Virus record (IMG/VR): IMGVR_UViG_3300042514_001623
Span: 1-63,009 of that record
DNA length: 63,009 nucleotides
Direction: 5' to 3' (one strand)
Origin: a virus
Taxonomy: Duplodnaviria; Caudoviricetes
Shown: positions 1 to 9,784 of the stretch, piece by piece
Layout of the letters: the number at the start of each line of letters is the position of its first letter
How positions within the stretch are numbered: the stretch's first letter is position 1
Translations under genes and position numbers: made by a program
Notes under the pieces: model-generated
What the model saw: the letters and a program-made list of their open reading frames with translations, nothing else
Databases searched by the model: none
Told to the model about the DNA's origin: nothing

Positions 1-127
1 GCATCTGGCGCGGCATCCTCGTGAAGAAGATGGAGCACACCATCGCCTTCAACGCCGGCTCGAAGTTCCAGTACGTGCCGGTGGCCAACCGCCTGACCGC
101 GACGGAAGCCGAGGGCACGGTGGCCGC
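1..127. repeat. Terminal direct repeat, copy 1 (identical to 62883-63009); circular-assembly overlap
   Basis: GCATCTGGCGCGG...GGTGGCCGC is identical at both contig ends; the capsid ORF reads in frame across the junction. Confidence 0.95.
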
Positions 128-395
128 AGGCCTGAGCACCACGCACCGCGTTGAACGCGCGGTGCTGCTGGGCGCGCAGGCCCTGGCGCGCGCCGAGGGC
201 TCCTCGAACAGTGGCGTGCAGGCCGCCATCATCGAGAACAAGTACAACGCCGGCCGCAACTACGAGTACATGGGCGAGTTCATGGGCGGCGAGGCGAAGT
301 TCCGCTTCGCCTTCCCGAACGCCGCCGGTGACGCGGAAGCGACCGACAACGGCGTGTTCGTCATCGACTCGGTGAGCCGCATCGTCGGCAACTGA
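1..395 (+). CDS. Major capsid protein, 3' part (ORF starts at 61982 and wraps through the junction; ~431 aa)
   Basis: In frame with ATG 61982 after removing the 127-nt overlap; follows portal and scaffold. Confidence 0.85.
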   Translation, partial: IWRGILVKKMEHTIAFNAGSKFQYVPVANRLTATEAEGTVAAGLSTTHRVERAVLLGAQALARAEGSSNSGVQAAIIENKYNAGRNYEYMGEFMGGEAKFRFAFPNAAGDAEATDNGVFVIDSVSRIVGN

Positions 396-462
396 TCCCC
401 CGCAACCCTGAACGGCTGGCGCTCCGGCGCCGGCCATCCTCCTCTTTCCGAAGGAAATCACC

Positions 463-918
463 ATGCCTCAGTACAAGGCCAACGGCCTCTCCAACAACGC
501 TGCGCACATGCAGGCTTTCGGCAACGCCGTGCTCGAACACGACACGACCGTGCTGCCCGCTGCGCTGGCCCTCAACGACACCGTGGACCTCCTGCGCGTG
601 GCCGGCGGCACCAAGCTCATCGAGCTCTGGAAGACCAACGGCGACTGCGACACGGGCACGACGCTGCAGTACAGCCTGGGCTACCGCCGCGCCAACAGCG
701 ATGGCGTCATCACCCCGGTGGCCAACTACTTCGGCGCAGCCCTCACGGACCTGCAAGCCGCGGTGACTGGCACCAACCCGACGCGCTACGCCTTCGCGCC
801 CATCACGTTCGATGAGGACGTGTTCATCACCGCGACCATCACGGCCGCGGCTGCGGGCCAGTCGGGCAACCCGCGCATCGACGTGTTCGCGCACGGCATC
901 GCCCGCGGCATCAAGTGA
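463..918 (+). CDS. Probable capsid decoration/cement protein (151 aa)
   Basis: RBS AAGGA; directly after MCP; beta-rich composition; followed by terminators. Confidence 0.6.
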   Translation: MPQYKANGLSNNAAHMQAFGNAVLEHDTTVLPAALALNDTVDLLRVAGGTKLIELWKTNGDCDTGTTLQYSLGYRRANSDGVITPVANYFGAALTDLQAAVTGTNPTRYAFAPITFDEDVFITATITAAAAGQSGNPRIDVFAHGIARGIK

Positions 919-943
919 CGCGCTGACACCTCGTGTCTCCTGG

Positions 944-992
944 CGGGCGAAAGCCCGTTTTTCGGCCCCGGGCTCACCCCCGGGGTTTTTTT
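944..992 (+). terminator. Two tandem intrinsic terminators
   Basis: CGGGC-GAAA-GCCCG-T5 (944-962) and CCCCGGG-N6-CCCGGGG-T7 (966-992). Confidence 0.8.
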
Positions 993-1006
993 CTTGGAGC
1001 GAGCCA

Positions 1007-1375
1007 ATGAGCAACCTTTCCGTGCGGTACGTGGGCCAGAAGACCCAGCGCGCCGATACCGTGGCCGGCACCGGCCTGACGTGGTACGGCCACGGCGACA
1101 TCCAAAGCGTGCCGCTGGCCGCCTGGGACAAGCTCAAGCGCCACCCGGACGTGTGGGAACTGGTGGACACCACCACCGAAGCCCCGAAGACCGAGGGCAC
1201 CCTGGGCGCCGCATCTGGTGCCCTCGTCGGCAACGAGGACACCTCGGACCCCGAAACCCCGCCAGCCGACCGTGACGCCATCGTGGCGCAACTGGAAGCC
1301 CGCGGCATCAAGTTCGACAAGCGGATCAAGGACGTGACCAAGCTGGCCGCGCTGCTGACCGCCGAGGAGGCCTGA
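1007..1375 (+). CDS. Hypothetical virion-module protein (122 aa)
   Basis: GGAG RBS before ATG 1007; phage-like codon use; packed in operon. Confidence 0.7.
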   Translation: MSNLSVRYVGQKTQRADTVAGTGLTWYGHGDIQSVPLAAWDKLKRHPDVWELVDTTTEAPKTEGTLGAASGALVGNEDTSDPETPPADRDAIVAQLEARGIKFDKRIKDVTKLAALLTAEEA

Positions 1376-1376
1376 C

Positions 1377-2084
1377 ATGGGCACGCTTACCGGCCAGCAG
1401 ATCATCGACCGCGCGTGGATCATCTTGCAGGACACCAACGGCGCCACCGGCGTGCGGTGGCCCGCCACGGAGCAGATCCTGTGGGTGAACGACGGTCAAC
1501 GCGAGGTGGTGATGAACCTGCCGAGCGCCTACGTCAAGACGACCATCGCAGCGCTTCAGGCCGGTACGCGGCAGACCCTGGCGGGCCTGGGCTTCACGGA
1601 CGGCATCCAGTTTATGAAGATGCCGCGCAACTACGCCTCAGACGGCACCACGCCAGGCCGCGCCGTGACCATCAAGCCCATGCTGTGGCTGGATGAGCAG
1701 CGGCCGAACTGGCACAGCGACCCGGCGGCCCCGGCGATTCACTGCTTCTTCGATCCGGCAGACCCCAAGACCTTCTACGTGTGGCCGCCCGCGAACGGCA
1801 CCGGCAGGGGCGAGGTGGTCTATGCGGCGTCGCCGGCCGAACTGGCTTCGCTCAGCAACACCATCGTGCTGGACGACATCTACGCCAACGCCTTGCAGTA
1901 CTACGTGCTTTTCCGCAGCTTCAGCAAGAACGCGACCTACACCAAGGCCCCGCAGCTTGCCGCGCAGTACTACCAGCTGTTCCTGCAGGCCCTGGGCATC
2001 AAGGACGCGCGAGTGAAGGCGCTGGACGCGAACCTGCAGATGGCCGCTGACGGCGCCGGTGTGGCCGGCTCGCAGGCGAACTGA
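1377..2084 (+). CDS. Head-tail adaptor-like protein (DUF6682-like)
   Basis: IIDRAWIILQD...RW...W.NDGQREV motif typical of podovirus adaptors; position. Confidence 0.65.
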   Translation: MGTLTGQQIIDRAWIILQDTNGATGVRWPATEQILWVNDGQREVVMNLPSAYVKTTIAALQAGTRQTLAGLGFTDGIQFMKMPRNYASDGTTPGRAVTIKPMLWLDEQRPNWHSDPAAPAIHCFFDPADPKTFYVWPPANGTGRGEVVYAASPAELASLSNTIVLDDIYANALQYYVLFRSFSKNATYTKAPQLAAQYYQLFLQALGIKDARVKALDANLQMAADGAGVAGSQAN

Positions 2085-2093
2085 GGGTAGCCC

Positions 2094-3734
2094 GTGCTGA
2101 TCGCCGCGTGGTCCAACTTCCTCGGCTGCAACCGCAAGGTGCACCCCAAGCGCTTGCCCGAGGGGGTGGGCGCCAACGCGGTGAACCTGCGGCTGGGCTT
2201 CGCTGACCTGCGCGCGTGGCGCGAGGCCAGCACGGTGGTGACGACCGGCGGCGCGACGCCCCTCATCAGCGCCTACCGCATGAACCGCGCGACCGTGAGC
2301 GACACGAGCGCATGGATTCAGTGGACCACGGACGTGGACGTGGTGCGCAGCCTGAACCCGAACGACAGCACCGAGGAGATCTACTACACCGGCGACGGCG
2401 TGCCCAAGCGCACCGACAACGTGCTCGGCCTGCCGGCAGCACCCGGGCCGGCAGCCTCACGCACGCTGGGCATCCCCAAGCCCACGGCAGCGCTGACTGC
2501 CACGGTGTTGGTACCGGGCAGCGGCACCGACCAGACCCGGGTGTACGTCGACCTGTTCCGCAACGACCAAGGCCGGGCCAGCGCCCCGGGCGTGCCGCGC
2601 TCGATCGTGTGCAAGCCCGACGCCACGGTAACGCTGGACGGCTTCGACACGGTGCCCAGCGGCTACCCGGACGTGACCCTGCGCGACATCTACGTGAGCG
2701 TGGACGGCAGCGAGTACCGACGCTGCAACCAGATTGCGGTGGCTACCACCAGCGTGGTGGACACGGGCGCGCGTGGCGAGGTGATGGAAAGCGGCGGCAG
2801 CACCAGCAAACCCGCGTGGGAGATGCCCCCGAGCGGCCTGAAAGGGCTGATCGAGCTCTACAACGGCATGCTCGGCGGGTTCGTCGGCAAGCAGTTCATG
2901 GTGTGCGAGCCTGGCAAGCCCTGGGCGTGGCCGGTGGAGTACCAGGACACGGTGTTTGACGACATCGTGGGCACCGGCAAGTGGGGCCAGAACTGGGTGT
3001 TGCTGACGACCTCCACGCCCGTGGTGCTGCGCGGCGGCCCGTTGCTGTTCGACAAGCAGCCGGTGCAGTTCTTCCAGGCCTGCGTGAGCAAGCGCAGCGT
3101 GGTGAGCATGGGCAACGGCGTGTGCTGGGCCTCGCCGCGGGGCTTGTGCTTCATCGGCGACAGCGGCGTGCGCGTGCTGACCGAAGACATCCTGAGCCCC
3201 GAGCAGTGGGAGGCGCTAAACCCTTCCAGCATCACCGGCGCGCGCATTGAAGGTGGCATGTACTACGGCGCCTACAACGACGGCACGGCCAAGGCCTTCA
3301 TGCTCGACCCGAACAACCCGCGCGGGATCATCTTCCTGACCCAGGGCGCGCGGGGCGTGTTCTACGACCCCATCAGCGACCGGCTGTACTTGCAGGACAC
3401 CGGCAACGTCATCAGGCGCTGGAACCACCCGAGCGCGGCGCTGCTGACGGGCACCTTCCTCACCGAAGTGAAGCGGCACCCGCAGCCCACCAACCCGGGC
3501 TTTGCCATGATCGTCGCGGACGAGCCGGTGAGCGTGGCGTTCAAGCTCTATGCCGCGGTGCTGCAGGCCGACAAGACCACGGTGTGGACGGAGATGTTCA
3601 GCCGCACGGTGACCAGCGGCGAGCCGTTCAGCCTGCCCGCGGGATACATGGCGCAGGACTTCCAAGTGGAAGTGCAGACCACCGGCCCGGTGCAGGGCGT
3701 GCTGCTGGCCGAAGACGTGGCGGATCTCCCCTGA
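2094..3734 (+). CDS. Tail nozzle/stabilisation-type virion protein (546 aa)
   Basis: Size, position after adaptor, beta-propeller-like sequence (PWAWP, CVSKRSVV, SP.GL motifs). Confidence 0.6.
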   Translation: MLIAAWSNFLGCNRKVHPKRLPEGVGANAVNLRLGFADLRAWREASTVVTTGGATPLISAYRMNRATVSDTSAWIQWTTDVDVVRSLNPNDSTEEIYYTGDGVPKRTDNVLGLPAAPGPAASRTLGIPKPTAALTATVLVPGSGTDQTRVYVDLFRNDQGRASAPGVPRSIVCKPDATVTLDGFDTVPSGYPDVTLRDIYVSVDGSEYRRCNQIAVATTSVVDTGARGEVMESGGSTSKPAWEMPPSGLKGLIELYNGMLGGFVGKQFMVCEPGKPWAWPVEYQDTVFDDIVGTGKWGQNWVLLTTSTPVVLRGGPLLFDKQPVQFFQACVSKRSVVSMGNGVCWASPRGLCFIGDSGVRVLTEDILSPEQWEALNPSSITGARIEGGMYYGAYNDGTAKAFMLDPNNPRGIIFLTQGARGVFYDPISDRLYLQDTGNVIRRWNHPSAALLTGTFLTEVKRHPQPTNPGFAMIVADEPVSVAFKLYAAVLQADKTTVWTEMFSRTVTSGEPFSLPAGYMAQDFQVEVQTTGPVQGVLLAEDVADLP

Positions 3735-3735
3735 C

Positions 3736-6261
3736 ATGGCGCGCGTGCCCAACATCCGAGGCACGGACAGCGTGCCCTCGGGGCCGCTGGCGTGGCTGAA
3801 GGACTGGCTGGAGAGCGTGCGCACCTGGGTTCGCATGCGCGACCCGGCCGAGCCCAGCGTGGGCGACCCGCTGGACAAGTTCACGACCCGCGGCGAGCTC
3901 ATCGCCTGGGGCGCGGTGACGCGCAACGCGGACGGCAGTTTCAGCGGTACCGGCGCCGGCGGCAGCACGACGATCATCCTGCCGCCTGGCGTTGAAGGTG
4001 GCGGCGGCGACCCCTACGTGCCCGACCTGACCCCGCCGCCGACGCCTACCGGCCTGGTGGTGTCGGCCGGCATTACCAACGTCTACATCGAGTTGGACGC
4101 GCCGACCTACACGGTGGGCCATGGCCACGCGCAGACCAACATCTACGGGGCCATCTGGGCCGAGGGCGATACCGAGCCGACCTTCAGCGACCCACGCACC
4201 AAGCTGATCGACAACATCGTGGGCCCGGGGACGATCCACGCCTACGCCAGCAACCCGGCCACGCGGTGGTGCATCTGGATCAAGTTCCAGTCGGTGGACG
4301 GCGTGGAGTCGACGGCGCCTGCCGGCGGCACGCACGGCGCGCAGGCCACCACCGGGCAGGACGTGGCCGCGCTGTTGGAGATCCTGACCGGCCAGATCAC
4401 GGCGAGCCAGCTGTTCACCGACCTTGCAACGCCGATCCTGAGCCTGCAGGAGCGCCTGGACGATGCGGCATCGGACGCGCTGGCGGCCATGCTGAGCGTG
4501 CACGAAGAGCAGCAGAGCAGGGCGGCGGCGCTGCTGGACGAGGCGCGCGACCGCGGCACGGCGCTGACGGAGACGCGGCGCGTCATCAACGAGGGCGACG
4601 CGCAACTGGCGCAGAGCATCACGACCCTGACGGCCACGGTGGGCGGCAACCAGGCCGCGGTGCTGGCGGCGCTGCAGGTGGAGCAACTCACCCGGGCGAG
4701 CGCCATTGAGGCTGAAGCCGCGCTGCGCGAATCCCTGGCGGCGCAGGTCAACGACCCGGCCACGGGCCTGCCGGCCACGCGCGCCACGCTGCTGACCGAC
4801 TACAGCACGACCGCGAACATGAACGCGGCCATTGCCAGCAGCGCGAGCAGCCTCACGGCGGCTTTCTCGGCGGCCGACACCACGACCCTGGCCGCAGCCA
4901 ACGCCTTCACCTACAGCCGGGCGGCCATCGACGGCGCCATCAGCACGAGCGCCACGAGCATCACGGCGGCCTACACCGCGGCGGATGCGAGCACGCTGGC
5001 GAGCGCCAACGCCTTCACCTACTCGCGCGCCACCATCGACGGCGCGATTGCGGCCAGCACGGCCACGGTCAACGCGCGGCTGGACAGCTTCGCCGGCACC
5101 GGATCCACGGTGGAGGTGGCCTACAGCGCGCAGGCCAGCAGCCTCACCGGCTTGGCAGGCCAGTACACGGTCAAGATCGACCTGAACGGCTACGTGAGCG
5201 GGTTCGGGCTGGCCAGCACGGCGGTTGGGGCGACGCCTTTCAGCCAGTTCATCGTGCGGGCCGACAGCTTCAGCATCGCCAGCCCGAGCGGGCCCGGCAT
5301 CACGCCTATCGTGCCTTTTATCGTGCGCACGACGCCGGGCACGGTCAACGGCGTGTCCTACCCGGCCGGGGTCTACATCGACGCGGCCTACATCCTTGAC
5401 CTGACCGCCGCGGTGGCCCGGCTGGGCAACGCCTGGATTGACGACGCGAAGGTGGCCAACCTGAGCGCGGCCAAGCTCACTGCGGGCGACGGCACGATCG
5501 GCGGCGACCTCAAGAGCTCGGCGTTCACCAGCGGGAGCGTAGGCTGGCGCATCCGGCCCAGCGGCGTGGCCGAGTTCAACAACGTGACCGTGCGCGGCGC
5601 GGTGTTTGCCAGTTCGGGCACCTTCGCCGGCTCTCTGGTGGCGGCCACGGGCACGTTCGCCGGCAGCTTGAGCGCGGCGACTGGCACCTTCTCGGGCAGC
5701 CTGAGCGCAGCCAGCGGCACGTTCACCGGGGCCCTGAGCGGCGCGACGGGCACCTACACCGGCACCCTGACCGTGGGCACGGCCGCGCGCAGCGGCACGA
5801 CCATGACCGGCCTAGGGTTCAAAGCAGACGGCGCAGACGGCACCGGGTGCTGGGGCAACGCCACCACGAACCTCACCTTCGATGGCACGGCCATGAAGAT
5901 GAACGGCGCGTGGATCACGGCCGCGAACCTGAACCTCGGGTCCTTCACGCTCACGGTGGACGACTCGGCGGTGACGGCATCGGGCCCGAGCCCGGTGGAC
6001 GTGTCGCAGGCCGTGACCGTGACGGCAACGGGTGGCACTGGGCCAATCACCTACTCCTGGCGGATGGTGCAGGACGGCGCCATCGCCAACGGGCCGGTGG
6101 AGCTCTACTTCAGCGGCAACGTCTTCGCCGCGTCCATCACCGTGGGTGCCCGCGCGACCAACACCGGCTCGCAGATCACCGGCTACGCCATCTGCACAGC
6201 CCGCGACGCGAACGGCCGCACGGCCGAGGCGGCGGTTTTTTTGTCGGCGACCTGCGTATGA
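3736..6261 (+). CDS. Tail fibre/host-specificity protein with DUF1983-like domain
   Basis: QYTVKIDLNGYVSGFGL...FIVRADSFSI motif of lambda-J-like C-terminal domain; coiled-coil and internal repeats. Confidence 0.7.
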   Translation: MARVPNIRGTDSVPSGPLAWLKDWLESVRTWVRMRDPAEPSVGDPLDKFTTRGELIAWGAVTRNADGSFSGTGAGGSTTIILPPGVEGGGGDPYVPDLTPPPTPTGLVVSAGITNVYIELDAPTYTVGHGHAQTNIYGAIWAEGDTEPTFSDPRTKLIDNIVGPGTIHAYASNPATRWCIWIKFQSVDGVESTAPAGGTHGAQATTGQDVAALLEILTGQITASQLFTDLATPILSLQERLDDAASDALAAMLSVHEEQQSRAAALLDEARDRGTALTETRRVINEGDAQLAQSITTLTATVGGNQAAVLAALQVEQLTRASAIEAEAALRESLAAQVNDPATGLPATRATLLTDYSTTANMNAAIASSASSLTAAFSAADTTTLAAANAFTYSRAAIDGAISTSATSITAAYTAADASTLASANAFTYSRATIDGAIAASTATVNARLDSFAGTGSTVEVAYSAQASSLTGLAGQYTVKIDLNGYVSGFGLASTAVGATPFSQFIVRADSFSIASPSGPGITPIVPFIVRTTPGTVNGVSYPAGVYIDAAYILDLTAAVARLGNAWIDDAKVANLSAAKLTAGDGTIGGDLKSSAFTSGSVGWRIRPSGVAEFNNVTVRGAVFASSGTFAGSLVAATGTFAGSLSAATGTFSGSLSAASGTFTGALSGATGTYTGTLTVGTAARSGTTMTGLGFKADGADGTGCWGNATTNLTFDGTAMKMNGAWITAANLNLGSFTLTVDDSAVTASGPSPVDVSQAVTVTATGGTGPITYSWRMVQDGAIANGPVELYFSGNVFAASITVGARATNTGSQITGYAICTARDANGRTAEAAVFLSATCV
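4870..5060 (+). repeat. Two copies of a 36-aa (108-nt) coding repeat
   Basis: AADTTTLAAANAFTYSRAAIDGAI / AADASTLASANAFTYSRATIDGAI; GCCAACGCCTTCACCTAC at 4897 and 5005. Confidence 0.8.
5614..5770 (+). repeat. About five copies of an 11-aa (33-nt) coding repeat (S/T)GTFxGxLxAA
   Basis: SGTFAGSLVAA-TGTFAGSLSAA-TGTFSGSLSAA-SGTFTGALSGA-TGTYTGTL. Confidence 0.85.
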
Positions 6262-6782
6262 AGACCTGGGCCAAGATCGAAGGCGGCTACATCGTGGCCG
6301 TGGCCAGCGCCGCGCGGCAGCCGGTGGGGCAGTGGGAAGAACTGCCCACGGGTGCGTGGCCCGGCTGGCAGGCCCGGCCCAGCCCGGCGCACAAGCCCCG
6401 GCGCGTCGGGAATTTGGTGGCCTGGGAAGACCCGCGGACCTTGGAGCAGGCCCGCGAGCAAAGGCTGGCACAGATCCAAGCCGAGCGCGACGCTGTGCTG
6501 TTTGGCGGTTTCCAGTGGGACGGCAGCACGTTCGACTCGAACGCCGACAGCCAATCGCGCCTGATGGGGCTTCGCGTGGACGCCATGTTGCCCACGTTCA
6601 CGCCACGCGGTTGGCGGCTGGCCGACAACACCTGGCGCACGCTCAGCGCCGCCGATGCGGCTGGCATCTGGGTGGCGCTCACCGAGCACATGGAGGCCCA
6701 GTTCCGGCGCTTTGAGGCGCGCGAGGCCGCCATCAACGCAGCAACAACCGTGGCGGCAGTGGATGCCGTGACCTGGGAGTAA
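6258..6782 (+). CDS. Tail-fibre assembly/DUF4376-like protein (174 aa)
   Basis: ATGA overlap with upstream gene; ERD...GF.WDG..FDS...SQ..L...W.LADN motif. Confidence 0.75.
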   Translation: MKTWAKIEGGYIVAVASAARQPVGQWEELPTGAWPGWQARPSPAHKPRRVGNLVAWEDPRTLEQAREQRLAQIQAERDAVLFGGFQWDGSTFDSNADSQSRLMGLRVDAMLPTFTPRGWRLADNTWRTLSAADAAGIWVALTEHMEAQFRRFEAREAAINAATTVAAVDAVTWE

Positions 6783-6785
6783 GAC

Positions 6786-7850
6786 ATGGCTTGGTACTCG
6801 ACCGGCACCGTGAACGTGACCAACGGCAGCGCGGCCCTCGTGGGCGTGGGCACGGCCTGGCTGGATGCGGTGCAACCCGGCTGGGCCTTCTTCGGCCCCG
6901 ATGGGCGGCCGTATCAGGTGCTGACGGTCAACAGCAACACCAGTATCACGCTGGCAAAGAACTACACCGGCACCACGTTGACCGGGCAGGCCTACGACCT
7001 GATCCCCACGCAGGGCTTCGTGCGGACCCTGGCGCAGCGCGTGTCAGACCTGATTGCCACCTACGCGGGCTTCGTGACCACGCGCCTTGCGGGCCTGTTC
7101 GGCGCTGGCAGCGTGAGCGCCCCGGGCGTGGCGCGCGAGGGGGACACCAACACGGGCATCTACTGGCCGGCGGATGACGAGGTGGCCGTGGCAACGGGTG
7201 GAGTGCAGCGCGTGCGCGTGGACTCCGCAGGCCGGGTAGGCATCGGGGGCTCGCCCACGACCAACCGCCTGGAGGTGTACCACGCCACCAACGGCATCGG
7301 CTTCCGGCTGCGCAACACGAACACGAACGTGGAACTGGCCGCGCGCACCGACGCGGACACAGCGGGTATTGACGCCGGCAACGCGACCGGCGGCATGACC
7401 TTCTCAATCAACACGACCGAGCGCTTGCGGATCGGCGCAGCCGGCAACGTGGGCATTGGCACTGCAAGCCCATCCGCGCGCCTGCACATCGACACGACCA
7501 CCAGCGGCTCGGGGCTGATCGTCGGGCAACTGAACCAGACAGGCTCGCAGGTGAATATCGGCATCGGCTTCCGCACGGCGGGCTTGCCTTTCCTGGGCAC
7601 CAACACAGCGTCCAATCCTTTGGAGATTGGCACACGCTCTGCCGCGTCCGTCGTTTTCGTGAGCGACGACATCGAGCGCATGCGGATCGACGCAGCGGGC
7701 AACTGGCTGCTGCGCAACCCCCCATCGACCCCGCCGGCCCTTGCGACGAACGGCGACCTGACGCTGAACCCCACCAGCAACACCAACGTCCGCATCAGCT
7801 ACCGGGGCAGCGATGGCGTAACCCGCGTGGGCGACATCCCGCTGGCTTGA
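6786..7850 (+). CDS. Tail fibre protein (354 aa)
   Basis: MAWYSTGTVNVTNGS..VG.GT.W N-terminal anchor; G.VGIG / ERMRID..GN fibre repeats. Confidence 0.8.
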   Translation: MAWYSTGTVNVTNGSAALVGVGTAWLDAVQPGWAFFGPDGRPYQVLTVNSNTSITLAKNYTGTTLTGQAYDLIPTQGFVRTLAQRVSDLIATYAGFVTTRLAGLFGAGSVSAPGVAREGDTNTGIYWPADDEVAVATGGVQRVRVDSAGRVGIGGSPTTNRLEVYHATNGIGFRLRNTNTNVELAARTDADTAGIDAGNATGGMTFSINTTERLRIGAAGNVGIGTASPSARLHIDTTTSGSGLIVGQLNQTGSQVNIGIGFRTAGLPFLGTNTASNPLEIGTRSAASVVFVSDDIERMRIDAAGNWLLRNPPSTPPALATNGDLTLNPTSNTNVRISYRGSDGVTRVGDIPLA

Positions 7851-7904
7851 CGGCAAATCTTGGGAGCAACATCCCGCCCGCAACCCTGACCGAGAGCGCA
7901 GCCC

Positions 7905-9773
7905 ATGAGCACTGCTGACCCCTACGCGGCCCTTGCCCGACTGCCCGGCAGCACTTTTCGGAAAGAGGTGATTCCGGCCTACTCGTCCGGTGACGTGTAC
8001 GCGCCCGAGTCGACCACGCTGGGCATCGACACCTCAATCTTCAGCGGCGACCGCGCGCAGTTCCAGAGCAAGTACAACTGGCCGGAAGACCTGGGTGATG
8101 GCCGCTACGCGCTGACCTTCCAGGCCCCCGGCGGCCACAAGTACGACACCCTTCGGGCGACCTACAAGCTCGACCCGGCCACGGGCGAGTACGTCATGGA
8201 GAGCGCGCCGGTGAGCACCCGGCAGGTTTCCAGCAGCCAGAACATGCGCGATGCGGCCGAGAAGGGCATCCCCTTCGTTGCGGCCGTGCTGGGCGGGGCC
8301 TACGGTCTTTCGCAGCTTGCAGGCGCGGGTGCGACAGCCGGCGCTACGGGCAAGTCGGGTCTGGACGCCTACATGCTGACCGGCGCCTCGGAGATGTCCA
8401 CCGTGGGCGGCGCGGCAGCCGGTGGCGGCGGGGCGGGTGCGGTGGGCTCCGGTTCGCTGGCCTCGGCCATCGCAGCGCCTATGGAAGCCGGTCTGCTGAG
8501 CACTGGCGGCGCGGCCACGGCCGGCCCCACCGCAGCCGGCACCACGGCCGCAACACCAACCCTGGCCAGCGCCGCGTCATCGGCAGGCCCGGCCACCATG
8601 GCCAACACTTTCGGGAGCACCGGCATGAGCGGTTTCGGCGACTGGATTCAACTCGGCGGGCTGGTGAACAGCATCGTCAACAAGCCCAAGGCCCCGGACA
8701 CGAGCGGCCTGAACGAGGCTGCACGGGCGAACGCGGGCATTGCCGACCGGCAGCAAGGCCTGGCCGAAAAGCAGTACGCCGACTCGCTGGCCCTGTTCAA
8801 CGAGTTCAAGCCCTTCCTCGTGCAGCAGATGCAGACCTCTGCCAGCGAGCAGCAGAAGAGCATCGGCCGCAGCGACGACCAGTGGAACAGCTACCTGACC
8901 ACGTACCGGCCGCTGGAACTGCAGATGGCCGAGAAGTCGGCCAACTGGGCCAGCGAGCCACGCATGCGCGCAGAAGCCGAGCGCGCTGGCGCCGAGGTGC
9001 AAGGCCAGTTCGACCGAGCGCGCACGATCACCAGCCGCAACCTGAGCATGGCCGGCGCCAGCCCCGAGAAGATCGCGGCGCTGGAAGCCGCCGGCCGGCT
9101 GGAAGAGGCCAAGGCAGTGGGCGGCGCGCAGGGCGAGACGCGGCGCGCGGTGGAGAAGGAGGGCATGGCCTATCTGGACAACGTGGCCCGCTTCGGCCGC
9201 GGCATGCCCAGCACCGGCCTGGCGGCGGCAGGGCTGGCCGGTAGCCAAGGCGCGCAGGCCACGGGCGGTTACGGCACGCTGGCGAATGCGCAGACGCAGC
9301 CCGCCGCCGCAGCGAACCCGCTATTCAACAGCGCCGTGAGCGCGAACAACAGTTCGGGCAGCCTGTTCGACCGGCTTTCGGGCACGCAGGCCGACGCCAA
9401 CCTGCAGAGCTACAACCAGACCATGGGCACGCTGGCCGGGCTGAACCAGTGGGCCAACAGCGGCAGCAGCTGGTTCACGAGCAGCAAGAAGACCAAGAAC
9501 GTCGGCGGCGACGTGAAGGGGGCTGCTGACAAGGTGGAGAAATCCGGCGCCAAGCACTGGGCCTACAAGGATGGCGAGGGCGACGGCAACACCAAGGCTC
9601 GCATCGGGCCCATGGCTGAAGACCTCGCTGCGGTGGCGCCCGAGGTGAGCGACGGCAAGCGCGTGGACGCGATTTCCCTGGCCGGGCTGCACCACGCTGC
9701 CATCGGCGAGCTCACCCGCGAGGTGAAGGCCCTGAAGCGCCGCCTGACCCTGGCTGACGCCGCAACCGCCTGA
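7905..9773 (+). CDS. Probable internal virion/ejection protein with C-terminal peptidase S74 (ICA)-like domain
   Basis: Ala/Gly-rich helical body; C-terminal SSKKTK.V...W.YK...IGPMAEDL...coiled coil. Confidence 0.6.
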   Translation: MSTADPYAALARLPGSTFRKEVIPAYSSGDVYAPESTTLGIDTSIFSGDRAQFQSKYNWPEDLGDGRYALTFQAPGGHKYDTLRATYKLDPATGEYVMESAPVSTRQVSSSQNMRDAAEKGIPFVAAVLGGAYGLSQLAGAGATAGATGKSGLDAYMLTGASEMSTVGGAAAGGGGAGAVGSGSLASAIAAPMEAGLLSTGGAATAGPTAAGTTAATPTLASAASSAGPATMANTFGSTGMSGFGDWIQLGGLVNSIVNKPKAPDTSGLNEAARANAGIADRQQGLAEKQYADSLALFNEFKPFLVQQMQTSASEQQKSIGRSDDQWNSYLTTYRPLELQMAEKSANWASEPRMRAEAERAGAEVQGQFDRARTITSRNLSMAGASPEKIAALEAAGRLEEAKAVGGAQGETRRAVEKEGMAYLDNVARFGRGMPSTGLAAAGLAGSQGAQATGGYGTLANAQTQPAAAANPLFNSAVSANNSSGSLFDRLSGTQADANLQSYNQTMGTLAGLNQWANSGSSWFTSSKKTKNVGGDVKGAADKVEKSGAKHWAYKDGEGDGNTKARIGPMAEDLAAVAPEVSDGKRVDAISLAGLHHAAIGELTREVKALKRRLTLADAATA

Positions 9774-9784
9774 AGGACCGCAGC

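Noticed and set aside
3736-7850. Diversity-generating retroelement acting on the tail fibres
   Set aside because: No reverse transcriptase and no TR/VR pair differing at adenines seen
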